A DNA stretch of 64,000 nt from an uncultured delta proteobacterium (GTDB lineage Bacteria > Desulfobacterota > Desulfobulbia > Desulfobulbales > SURF-16). Under the pieces are notes generated by a model, which was not told the origin of the DNA, made no database searches, and saw only the letters and a list, made by a program, of their open reading frames with translations. A program made the position numbers and the translations under genes. Location: positions 19,132 through 83,131 of the forward strand of contig CAVSQR010000077.1 in assembly GCA_963729825.1 (NCBI GenBank), in the 5' to 3' direction. This document shows, piece after piece, positions 9,759-17,997 of this stretch; the first letter of the stretch is position 1; each line of letters opens with the position of its first letter.

Positions 9759-10739
9759 ATGTCATCACTTAGCCTGGCAAAAGAAGTTTTACAGATTGAA
9801 GCGGAAGGCATCCAGGCCTTAATCGAGCAGCTTGACGCCAACTTCGACAAAGCCGTTTCCCTGATCATGAACTGCCCCAGCCGCCTTATCATCACCGGCA
9901 TCGGCAAATCAGGCATCATCGGCCAGAAAATTTCCGCCACCTTAAACAGCACCGGCACGGCATCTTTTTTTCTCCATCCGGTGGAGGCAATGCATGGCGA
10001 CCTGGGCATTGTCGATCACAACGATGTGGTGCTTGCCCTTTCTTACAGCGGGGAAACAACGGAACTCAACATGCTGCTGCCGGTCCTCAAAAAGCGGGGG
10101 GTGAAAACCATCGCCCTGACCGGCAACAAAAATTCCACCCTGGCCTCCTTTGCCGACGTTGTGCTGTCTGCCAAAGTCCCGCGGGAGGCCTGCCCGCTGG
10201 GCCTTGCCCCCACGGCAAGCACCACTGCCGCCCTGGCCCTCGGCGATGCCCTGGCGGTGGTGCTTATTGAAAAAAAGAAATTCGCGGCCAGCGATTTCCG
10301 CAAAAATCACCCCGGCGGCAGCCTGGGGGAACGCCTGAAAACCAAGGTGCAGGAGGTGATGATCACCGGCCCCCTGCTCCCTCTTACCGCACCGGATTCC
10401 TCTTTGCGTGCAGCAATCAATGTCTTGAACGAGAAGAACCTGGGGGCTGTTATCATCGCTGACGACAAGAGCAAACTCTGCGGCATTATCACCGACGGCG
10501 ACCTGCGCCGCCTGCTCAGCCTGACCAAGCCCCTGGATATTGACCGCCTGCAGGTCAAAGATATCATGACGCCCTCGCCCAAGACCATCCAAGAGGATCT
10601 CCTGGCCGCAGACGCTTTGAGTATCATGCAGCGCCATGAGGTGACCATCCTGCCCGTCCTGAACAAAGCCGGCCTGCTGGCCGGGATGCTGCACCTCCAT
10701 GATCTGCTTGGCAAAGGGGAATTCCGCCTGTTGGTTTAA
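9759..10739 (+). CDS. kdsD: KpsF/GutQ family arabinose-5-phosphate isomerase (SIS + tandem CBS domains)
   Basis: 326 aa. SIS motif ITGIGKSGIIGQKISATLNSTG and ALSYSGET, with two C-terminal CBS repeats. Confidence 0.85.
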   Translation: MSSLSLAKEVLQIEAEGIQALIEQLDANFDKAVSLIMNCPSRLIITGIGKSGIIGQKISATLNSTGTASFFLHPVEAMHGDLGIVDHNDVVLALSYSGETTELNMLLPVLKKRGVKTIALTGNKNSTLASFADVVLSAKVPREACPLGLAPTASTTAALALGDALAVVLIEKKKFAASDFRKNHPGGSLGERLKTKVQEVMITGPLLPLTAPDSSLRAAINVLNEKNLGAVIIADDKSKLCGIITDGDLRRLLSLTKPLDIDRLQVKDIMTPSPKTIQEDLLAADALSIMQRHEVTILPVLNKAGLLAGMLHLHDLLGKGEFRLLV

Positions 10740-10953
10740 CTGCCGCTGAGCCGCCAGGCCTTACCCGGTAGAAATACCTATAATACCAACAGGTTATTTC
10801 TTTTTTGCTGTTCAAGTCATATTGACAAACCTGCTGCTTTTGGTTAGCATCCCATTTGTACTTCTTTCATGCTCGGCACGCATTTTAAGAGCTTGTTCGG
10901 AAATAAGCTCTCACTCAAATGCCTTTATTTCTACCTTAAACACGAGGTTAATA

Positions 10954-11514
10954 ATGGGAATCACCAGTAAAGAAATCAATCCAGCCTTCAGCGCTGAGGT
11001 GACCAATATCCCAGGTGGTGAATATCTGAATCGATGTTTTTCCTGTGGGGCCTGCAGCGGCATCTGCCCCGTGAGTCAGGCAATCCCTGATTTTGATCCG
11101 CGGAAAATCATCCACATGGTCCGCATGGGATTAAAGGACCGGCTGCTCCACTCTGATCTGCTCTGGTTCTGCTCACGCTGCCGGAGCTGCATCTTCGTCT
11201 GCCCCCAGGATGTCCGTTTTGCCGATATCATGTCCGCCCTGCGGGACCTGGCCATGCAGGAGGGTATTATCACCGAGGAAAACCTGCGCGAAAAAGGCAA
11301 GGCCGCCTGGGTGGAACGGGATCTCTGCGTATCCTGTCTGACCTGCGTCCGGGTCTGCCCCTGGGAGATCCCGAAGATTGACCGGCAGGGGGTTGCCGAT
11401 ATCAATGCCAGAACCTGCAGGGGTTGCGGGATCTGCGTTGCAGAATGTCCGGCTCAGGCCATCCGGCTCAATGAGTCCGAAGACGAGAAACTTATCGCCG
11501 CCTGCGGCGTTTAA
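10954..11514 (+). CDS. HdrC-like / 4Fe-4S dicluster ferredoxin fusion protein
   Basis: Four CxxCxxCxxxCP motifs (CFSCGACSGICP, CSRCRSCIFVCP, CVSCLTCVRVCP, CRGCGICVAECP). ATG 10954 has a GAGG RBS. The 44-aa N-terminal extension in the ORF track looks non-coding. Confidence 0.7.
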   Translation: MGITSKEINPAFSAEVTNIPGGEYLNRCFSCGACSGICPVSQAIPDFDPRKIIHMVRMGLKDRLLHSDLLWFCSRCRSCIFVCPQDVRFADIMSALRDLAMQEGIITEENLREKGKAAWVERDLCVSCLTCVRVCPWEIPKIDRQGVADINARTCRGCGICVAECPAQAIRLNESEDEKLIAACGV

Positions 11515-11532
11515 AGCCGAGTGGAGAAACGC

Positions 11533-11955
11533 ATGACTTTTACTCCTGATATCCAAGCATTTTGTTGCCACTACACTTCCCAGCAGACCATTGCCGAGGG
11601 AAGAGAAGGCCTGAAACAAGACGGCCTGCCGGGAAACGTCACCTTCCATCGCGTGGTCTGCACCGGCAAACTGCAGGTGAGCACCCTGCTCAAGGCCTTT
11701 GAAGAGGGCGCTGACGGGGTCTATGTGGTCGGCTGCCCGGCAGACCAATGCCATAACGTCAAAGGCAGCCAGCGGGCGGCAAAGCGGGTGGATGCCATCA
11801 AAAAGGCCCTGGCCGAACTTGCCGTTGAACCGGAAAGAATAGAAATGTTTCACCTGGAAAGAGGCTTCCACCCTGAATTTGTTGAAGCCGCCCAGCTCAT
11901 GAATAAGAGGATCACCGATTTAGGCCCGAGTCCGTTTAAGGGGGAAGCAAAATGA
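11533..11955 (+). CDS. mvhD: MvhD/FlpD-type hydrogenase iron-sulfur subunit-like protein
   Basis: AFCCHYTS...VCTGK...GADGVYVVGCPADQCHN is the MvhD family signature. GGAG RBS 6 nt upstream of ATG 11533. Confidence 0.75.
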   Translation: MTFTPDIQAFCCHYTSQQTIAEGREGLKQDGLPGNVTFHRVVCTGKLQVSTLLKAFEEGADGVYVVGCPADQCHNVKGSQRAAKRVDAIKKALAELAVEPERIEMFHLERGFHPEFVEAAQLMNKRITDLGPSPFKGEAK

Positions 11956-12620
11956 TCATCGCCGACAGAAAACCTGTGGATGAAATACTGGGCATGGTAA
12001 GCGATGCCAAAAAAATTCTGGTCCTCGGCTGCCGGGGATGCGTCACGGTCTGCTCCGCCGGCGGCGAGCGCGAGGTGGAGATCCTGGCCTCGCTCATCAG
12101 ACTGGGCATGCTGAAACAGGGCAAGAAGATTGAAACCATTGAAGGATCCCTGGTCAGACAGTGCGACAAGGAATATATCGATGCCATTGATGAGTGGGAA
12201 GGCCAATACGATGCCATTGTTTCCATGGCCTGCGGCGTGGGCGTCAATTTCATCGCCAATCTCCGCCCCACCACCAAGGTCTATCCCGCGGTGAACACCA
12301 GCTTCTTCGGCGGCTCCGCCGAGCAGGGGGTGTGGAAGGAACAGTGCGCCGGCTGCGGCAACTGTGTGCTGCATCTGACCGGCGGACTCTGCCCGGTGGC
12401 CCGCTGCGCCAAAAGCCTGATGAACGGCCCCTGCGGCGGCTCGGTCAATGGCCGCTGCGAGATCCACCCGGATGTGGAATGCATCTGGCAGTCAATCCAT
12501 GACCGTCTCGGCAGAATCGGTAACGCCGAAGCCATGAACGTCATTGCCCCGATCCGGGACTGGAGCACCGCCGGCCATGGCGGTCCCCGCAAAACCATGC
12601 GGGATGATCTGACCATCTGA
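11952..12620 (+). CDS. metV: methylenetetrahydrofolate reductase C-terminal domain protein (MetV-like, Cys-rich)
   Basis: 222 aa. Contains LGCRGCVTVC and CAGCGNCVLHLTGGLCPVARCAKSLMNGPCGG motifs typical of MetV. The start overlaps the mvhD stop (ATGA). Confidence 0.7.
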   Translation: MIIADRKPVDEILGMVSDAKKILVLGCRGCVTVCSAGGEREVEILASLIRLGMLKQGKKIETIEGSLVRQCDKEYIDAIDEWEGQYDAIVSMACGVGVNFIANLRPTTKVYPAVNTSFFGGSAEQGVWKEQCAGCGNCVLHLTGGLCPVARCAKSLMNGPCGGSVNGRCEIHPDVECIWQSIHDRLGRIGNAEAMNVIAPIRDWSTAGHGGPRKTMRDDLTI

Positions 12621-12645
12621 GCAAACCGCCCGCCACTCTTGCCAT

Positions 12646-12680
12646 AAAAAAAGGCCGCTTAGGCAAGCGGCCTTTTTTTA
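12646..12680. terminator. bidirectional intrinsic terminator between convergent metV and PilZ genes
   Basis: Perfect 10-bp stem AAGGCCGCTT / AAGCGGCCTT (12651-12660 / 12665-12674) with loop AGGC. An A-run lies upstream and a T-run downstream. Confidence 0.85.
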
Positions 12681-12693
12681 TTGGCTGTTCGCA

Positions 12694-13386
12694 TCAATCC
12701 TTTTCAGTAAAGTCGAGCTTGACCTCCTGGGCCGGAATAAATTTCTCGATGGTGGAAATATACCAGGTAATGATTTTCAGGGTGACATCCGGGATATTTT
12801 CATGAAACTGCAGGCCGACATTTGCATCATATCTGCTGGTACGCAGATTTTTCACCACCCCGATAATTTCCAGGGTCTGCTTGACCCCGGGGAACTTGCA
12901 GTTCAATTTGACCTGGTCGCCGATCTTGAAGTGAATGAGCCGCTTGTTATTCTTGCCGCGCACCAGGAAATGACAGCCTGATTTGGCAATATCGACAATG
13001 GTGCCGTTGTTCTCATTGTCGCCCACTTCAATGACGGCGGGAATATAGCAGAAGGAGCGTTTTTCGCTGCGCAATTCACTTTTCTGAATAAGTTTCGGGT
13101 AATAAATAAAAAGAAGCCGCACCGGCTGGTCAATCAGCGAAAAGAGTTTGGTCTGGAAGGCATAGATGGTGCCGTGATAGAAATAGCGCACCACCAGCTC
13201 CGCACCGCTGAAAAGCTTATGCTGAATCTGGTGATAGGGCGAGGGCGGGGTGATAATAATGTAATTATCCACAAAACCGCAGAAGGTGCTCTCCAGAGGG
13301 ATATCCACCCCATCAAGCTCTATTTTCAACCGAATTCCCAGCTCCAGCGCCAGCCGGATGCCCTGATCAAATATTTTTTCATCCAT
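12694..13386 (-). CDS. YcgR-like flagellar brake protein (PilZN + PilZ c-di-GMP-binding domain)
   Basis: 230 aa. RSEKR (RxxxR) followed by a DIAKSGCHF (D/NxSxxG-like) PilZ signature, with an N-terminal YcgR-type domain. Confidence 0.65.
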   Translation of the reverse strand: MDEKIFDQGIRLALELGIRLKIELDGVDIPLESTFCGFVDNYIIITPPSPYHQIQHKLFSGAELVVRYFYHGTIYAFQTKLFSLIDQPVRLLFIYYPKLIQKSELRSEKRSFCYIPAVIEVGDNENNGTIVDIAKSGCHFLVRGKNNKRLIHFKIGDQVKLNCKFPGVKQTLEIIGVVKNLRTSRYDANVGLQFHENIPDVTLKIITWYISTIEKFIPAQEVKLDFTEKD

Positions 13387-13455
13387 GTCTGTCTGTCCTG
13401 CCTTTGTCCGCTTCAGCGGATGCCAGCCGTTGCAAACCCTGCCGGCTTCCGCGGT

Positions 13456-14058
13456 TTAAATATTAGGGGCTATCATCCCGAAACGGAGCAGATCCGTTAT
13501 CACCTCAGCCACCGGCAGGCCGATCACATTGCTGTATGATCCATCAATTTTTTCCACCAGAAAGCCTCCCCTGCCCTGCAGTCCGTAGCTGCCGGCCTTG
13601 TCCAGCGGTTCGCCGGTGAGGACATAAGCCCGGCAGAGATCAGCCGTGAGGGGCCTGAACAATACCCTGGTGCAAACCGCCTGTTTGACCATTAATCTGT
13701 CCGATTGACGGCACAGACAGTAGGCGGTCCACACCTCATGCCAGGTGCCGGACATCTTGCCGAGCATTGCCTCCGCATGGGCGGCATCAGCGGGTTTGCC
13801 AAGAATTTCACCGGCCAGCACCACAATGGTATCTGCCGCCAGAATGCAGGCCTGATCATGGTGGACGGCCACGGCCAGGGCCTTTTCCCCGGCCAGCCGC
13901 AGGACATACTCCTCCGGGCCTTCGCCGGGCCGGTTCTGTTCATCCACGGCAGCGGGCACGACCGTAAAAGCAAGGCCCAGTTCCCGCAGAAACCGCTGCC
14001 GCCGGGGCGAGGCCGAGGCCAGTATCAGCGGGCAAACGGTACGAAAACCGCCCGGCAT
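13456..14058 (-). CDS. maf: Maf family nucleoside triphosphate pyrophosphatase
   Basis: LILASASPRRQRFLRELG...DKAGSYGLQG motifs. I prefer ATG 14058 (MPGGFRT..) because the longer ORF-track start (14163) overlaps the upstream reductase gene. Confidence 0.85.
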   Translation of the reverse strand: MPGGFRTVCPLILASASPRRQRFLRELGLAFTVVPAAVDEQNRPGEGPEEYVLRLAGEKALAVAVHHDQACILAADTIVVLAGEILGKPADAAHAEAMLGKMSGTWHEVWTAYCLCRQSDRLMVKQAVCTRVLFRPLTADLCRAYVLTGEPLDKAGSYGLQGRGGFLVEKIDGSYSNVIGLPVAEVITDLLRFGMIAPNI

Positions 14059-14116
14059 GCCCACCCCGGCATGGACATGCACTGACGCTGACGGCTGCCG
14101 GTCCGCAGCGACAACC

Positions 14117-14869
14117 TCAGGCCCTGATTGCATAGCCGCCATCCACCACCAGGGTCTGGCCATGAATCATCTTGGCGAGATCGCTGCAGAGAAACAAGGC
14201 CAGATCAGCCACATCCTCGGGTGTGGTCAGACAGCCAAGGGGAGTGCGTTCCAGAGCGGTTTCCAGAATCTGGGTGCGGTTGGGGAATTTCTTCAAGGCC
14301 TCGGTATCCACCGCGCCGGCACTGATGGTATTCACCGTAATTTTGCGCGGCCCAAGCTCCACGGCCAGATGGCGGACCAGGGATTCCAGGGCGGCCTTGG
14401 AGGCCCCCACCGCCGTATAATTCTCCACCGCCCTGACCGAACCGAGACTGGATACCGCCAGTATCCGCCCGCCCTGCTGCATCAGGGGAACCGCCTGCTG
14501 GGCCAGGGTGAGCAGGGCCCTGGCATTGATATCCATGGCCCAGTTCCAGTGCCGGGTGCTCAGCTCCATAACCGGCTTCAGCACCCCGGAGGCGGCATTG
14601 CTCACCAGAATATCGATCCGGCCGAACTCCTCTTTTATCCGCTCGAACATGGCCAGCACATCCTCGTCATTTGCCACATTGGCCTTGACCACCAGGCATT
14701 TTACCCCGGTACTTTCAATATCCTTTGCCGTGTCCTCGGCATCCCGCTTATGGCGAACATAGTTTACCACAAGGTTGATGCCGTTCTCCGCAAAACGTTT
14801 GGCTATGGCCCGGCCTATGCCGCGGGAACTTCCGGTTACCAGTGCAACCTTTCCTTCGAGATTATACAT
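14117..14869 (-). CDS. fabL: SDR-family enoyl-[acyl-carrier-protein] reductase, FabL type
   Basis: 250 aa. From memory, colinear similarity to Bacillus subtilis FabL: VTGSSRGIG, VVKANV, NAASGVLKPVMEL..HW.W.M.INA.ALL, SSLGS.R..ENYT.VG.SKAALE.L.R.LAVEL. Not verified by alignment software. Confidence 0.65.
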   Translation of the reverse strand: MYNLEGKVALVTGSSRGIGRAIAKRFAENGINLVVNYVRHKRDAEDTAKDIESTGVKCLVVKANVANDEDVLAMFERIKEEFGRIDILVSNAASGVLKPVMELSTRHWNWAMDINARALLTLAQQAVPLMQQGGRILAVSSLGSVRAVENYTAVGASKAALESLVRHLAVELGPRKITVNTISAGAVDTEALKKFPNRTQILETALERTPLGCLTTPEDVADLALFLCSDLAKMIHGQTLVVDGGYAIRA

Positions 14870-15000
14870 TTATCAAGACTCCTTCATTTACGGAATTGGA
14901 TGATGATTTTTAGAAGATAAAATGATAAGATTTTCACGAAAGATTGTAAAGATATCTTCACGATTCTTCTGGCATTTATCATAACCGTTAAGGCAAAAAC

Positions 15001-15504
15001 ATGCGCGGAATTCTCAAAAAACGGCAATACCTCCTGCTCCCCGTTCTTCTTTTCATCCAGCTGCTGGGCGCGGCGGGTCTGGGCCTGGCCGGCAGCGAGG
15101 GCGTTTCCGCCAGGGGACAGCTTCTCTATGTTCCCGTCTATTCACACATCTATGGGGGCGACAAGGCGGAAGGCAATGAATTTTACCTCACCGCCATCCT
15201 GAGCCTGCGCAATACGGACCAGAGGCATCCCATAACCTTTTCGCAGGTCGATTACTATGATGCCGATGGCAAGCTGGTGAGGAAATACCTGGACAAGCCC
15301 GTGACGCTCGGCCCTTTCTCATCCTCCGAGTACATCGTGAAAGAGTCGGATACCAGGGGGGGCCTGGGCGCCAAATTCCTGGTGCGCTGGCAGGCGGATA
15401 AAATGGTCAATGCCCCGCTGGTGGAAACCGTGATGATCGGCACCAAGATGCAGCAGGGCATTTCCTTTACCTCCCGGGCCATTGTGCTGCAGGAATCCCC
15501 GTAG
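15001..15504 (+). CDS. DUF3124 domain-containing secreted protein
   Basis: 167 aa with a signal-peptide-like N-terminus. The LYVPVYSHIY motif is one I associate with DUF3124 (memory-based). Confidence 0.55.
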   Translation: MRGILKKRQYLLLPVLLFIQLLGAAGLGLAGSEGVSARGQLLYVPVYSHIYGGDKAEGNEFYLTAILSLRNTDQRHPITFSQVDYYDADGKLVRKYLDKPVTLGPFSSSEYIVKESDTRGGLGAKFLVRWQADKMVNAPLVETVMIGTKMQQGISFTSRAIVLQESP

Positions 15505-15577
15505 GGGCAGGCCTTGTGCCTGCCCGATCTTCTCCCGTCCCCGGTTTCTCCGTGACGGCAGGGCGTGCAACCTGTGA

Positions 15578-16429
15578 TTAATGACGGAGAGAGAGCAGAC
15601 GCTCAATGCGCTCCCTGATCGGCGGATGGGTGGCGAACAGCCCGGCAATCCGGTCCCCGGACAGGGGATTGACGATATACATCTGGGCCGTGGCCGGGTT
15701 GACGTTCATGGGCTCGCGGCGATTGCCCTGCTCAAGCTTGGCCAGGGCATTGGCCAGGGAATGGGGCCGGCCGCAGATGGCGGCGCCGGTGGCATCCGCC
15801 TGGAATTCCCGGCTGCGGGAAATCGCCAGCTGGATGATGGTGGCGGCCAGCGGGGCGATGATCATCATGGCCAGTCCGGCCAGCATATTTCCCCCGCCGC
15901 CTTCCTCGTCATCCCCGCGCATGCCGCCGAAAAGCATGGCCCACTGGGCCATGGTGGCCAGGTAACTGATGGCGCCGGCCATGACCGCGGCAATGGAGCT
16001 GATGAGGATATCCCGGTTTTTGACATGGCCCAGCTCATGGGCCAGCACCCCTTCCAGCTCATCCCGGCTGAGGAGCTGCAGCAAACCGCTGGTCACCGCC
16101 ACGGCCGCATGCTGGGGATTGCGTCCGGTGGCAAAGGCGTTGGGCGTATGGTCATTGATGATATAGACCCGGGGCTTGGGCAACTGAGCCCTGTCGGCCA
16201 GGTAACTCACCATCTGATGCAGATCAGGCGCTTCCTGTTCACTGACCTCCCTGGCCCGGCTCATGGCCAGCGCCATCTTGTCGCTGAACCAGTAGGCAAA
16301 AAAGTTCATGCCCAGCGCCATCACCAGGGCAAAGGTCATACCGCTCCGGCCGCCTAAAGCCTGGCCGGCCACCAGAAAAAGGCCGGTCAGAACAGCCATC
16401 AGGATGCCGGTTTTAATCATACTTGTCAT
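15578..16429 (-). CDS. htpX: zinc metalloprotease HtpX
   Basis: [10 protein letters not shown] zinc motif, four TM segments and C-terminal [19 protein letters not shown] 6 nt before ATG 16429. Confidence 0.9.
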   Translation of the reverse strand: MTSMIKTGILMAVLTGLFLVAGQALGGRSGMTFALVMALGMNFFAYWFSDKMALAMSRAREVSEQEAPDLHQMVSYLADRAQLPKPRVYIINDHTPNAFATGRNPQHAAVAVTSGLLQLLSRDELEGVLAHELGHVKNRDILISSIAAVMAGAISYLATMAQWAMLFGGMRGDDEEGGGGNMLAGLAMMIIAPLAATIIQLAISRSREFQADATGAAICGRPHSLANALAKLEQGNRREPMNVNPATAQMYIVNPLSGDRIAGLFATHPPIRERIERLLSLRH

Positions 16430-16545
16430 CACAAACCTCCATAAAGTCTCAACCAAACGTAAAGGTCGCGGGCATGGCCCGCTCGTTTACCCCCCAACTT
16501 TCATAGGTGCATAACGGCTGGAATTCGTAAATTATATGCCTGAGG

Positions 16546-16626
16546 TCGTCATTCCGGCATGTTTTCAGCCGGAATCCAGAAAAACCAGTGGATTCCGGGT
16601 CGCGCTTTACTTGCCGGCAATGACGT
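16546..16626. repeat. MITE/REP-like palindromic element
   Basis: Terminal inverted repeats CGTCATTCCGGCA / TGCCGGCAATGACG. Internal perfect 10-bp hairpin CCGGAATCCA-N10-TGGATTCCGG. ORF 16536..16844 is just its translation. Confidence 0.6.
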
Positions 16627-16999
16627 CCTTACTGCAAAATTGTGTAATCCTGCCTGGTTACTTAAAATTTAGAGTGTTACTGTACAAAAAAGTTCTCCTT
16701 CTTCACATGAAAATCGGCAGCAGCAACCCGGCAAGCCGAATGCTGAGGGAAAATGGAAAAAAGGAGAGAAGATTGATTTTTTCTTGCGGATTCAATTTTA
16801 TCGTTTTAACAACAAATGGAGGAAATAAGTTTCTTTGGAAATAGATTGACTCTGCGAAAAATAAATTAGTGGCCTTTTTCGACTTTTGGCGATTGAAGTT
16901 AACTCCTATTGTAAGAGAACCTAATGACTTACTTGCGATGCAAGTTGCAGCGTGATATGAATAAGAAACGAAAATAAACAACGTTTTGAGGATTAAAAC

Positions 17000-17995
17000 A
17001 TGGCATCTGGCAAGTTGTTAAGGCAGTTGATTAAAACTGGAGCAGAAGGCAATCTAGGGGCCTTTCGGGAAACCAGTGAGCAAGTTATTCGTGACGAACG
17101 GGCGAAAAAACACCACATGCTCGCCAATGATCTGGAGAAAATTCTTTATGGCCGTTCAAGCGGCAACTCATTGGTACATTCTGCATTAAAGGATCAACTG
17201 CCCAAAGACCGGGAGCGTAATATGCCCCTAGTTCAGGTTCGTAATCCGACGCGCAGACTGGAAGACGTAGTCCTTTCAGACGACAATAGTTCGTTGCTGG
17301 ATGAACTGCTTGAAGAACACCATCGCGTTGAAGTGTTGAAAAGTTATGGCCTACGCTCTGCTGATCGCCTATTATTTTGTGGACCGCCTGGTTGTGGCAA
17401 GACTGTAACCGCTGAAGTCATAGCCAGTGAACTGGGGCTCCCTCTTGTCGTCGTGCGACTGGACAGTGTTGTTTCATCATATTTAGGCGAAACTGCCTCT
17501 AACCTGCGTCAAGTTTTTGATTTTTGCACGTCGTATCCCACCGTCACATTATTTGATGAATTTGATGCTATTGCCAAAGAGCGCTCAGACGCTTCTGATC
17601 ATGGAGAACTCAAGCGAGTGGTTAACGCTTTTCTCCAGATGCTTGATGATTATGAGGGTAAAAGTCTGCTGATAGGAGCCACTAATCATGAGGGTATCCT
17701 TGACACAGCTGTCTGGCGTAGGTTCGATGAGGTTTTGGTGTTTGAAATGCCCAATCTGGAACAACTTCGTCGTCTTCTTACCATCAAATTACGGGGACTC
17801 CGGCGGGAATTTAATCCTGAAGATAATCGCATTGCTAGCTTATTCAAAGGAATGAGCCACGCAGATGTAGAACGCACCTTGCGCCGTGCAGCCAAAGATA
17901 TGATTCTTGCTGGCCAGGAATTTTTAACTGAACGGCATCTTATGTCTGCTTTGCAGCGTGAAGATGCAAGGAGAGCCCGGTTTAAAAGGAATTAA
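17000..17995 (+). CDS. AAA+ ATPase (classical AAA clade), IetA-like partner of the downstream S8 protease
   Basis: 331 aa. Walker A GPPGCGKT, Walker B TLFDEFDA, sensor-1 GATNH, Arg-finger region VWRRFDEV. Stop is 2 nt from the next ATG. Lies in a low-GC islet. Confidence 0.85.
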   Translation: MASGKLLRQLIKTGAEGNLGAFRETSEQVIRDERAKKHHMLANDLEKILYGRSSGNSLVHSALKDQLPKDRERNMPLVQVRNPTRRLEDVVLSDDNSSLLDELLEEHHRVEVLKSYGLRSADRLLFCGPPGCGKTVTAEVIASELGLPLVVVRLDSVVSSYLGETASNLRQVFDFCTSYPTVTLFDEFDAIAKERSDASDHGELKRVVNAFLQMLDDYEGKSLLIGATNHEGILDTAVWRRFDEVLVFEMPNLEQLRRLLTIKLRGLRREFNPEDNRIASLFKGMSHADVERTLRRAAKDMILAGQEFLTERHLMSALQREDARRARFKRN

Positions 17996-17997
17996 TC

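Noticed and set aside
14057-14920. 287-aa plus-strand ORF, plus several 60-250-aa ORFs opposite kdsD, htpX, aconitase and others
   Set aside because: These are mirror frames of well-supported genes (the FabL-type reductase, kdsD, htpX and aconitase). They are repetitive and Gly/Arg/His-rich with no motifs.
16536-16844. 102-aa ORF starting MPEVVIPACFQPESRK
   Set aside because: It is the translation of the MITE-like palindromic element and AT-rich spacer. Repeat-derived peptides of this kind are a known source of false gene calls.
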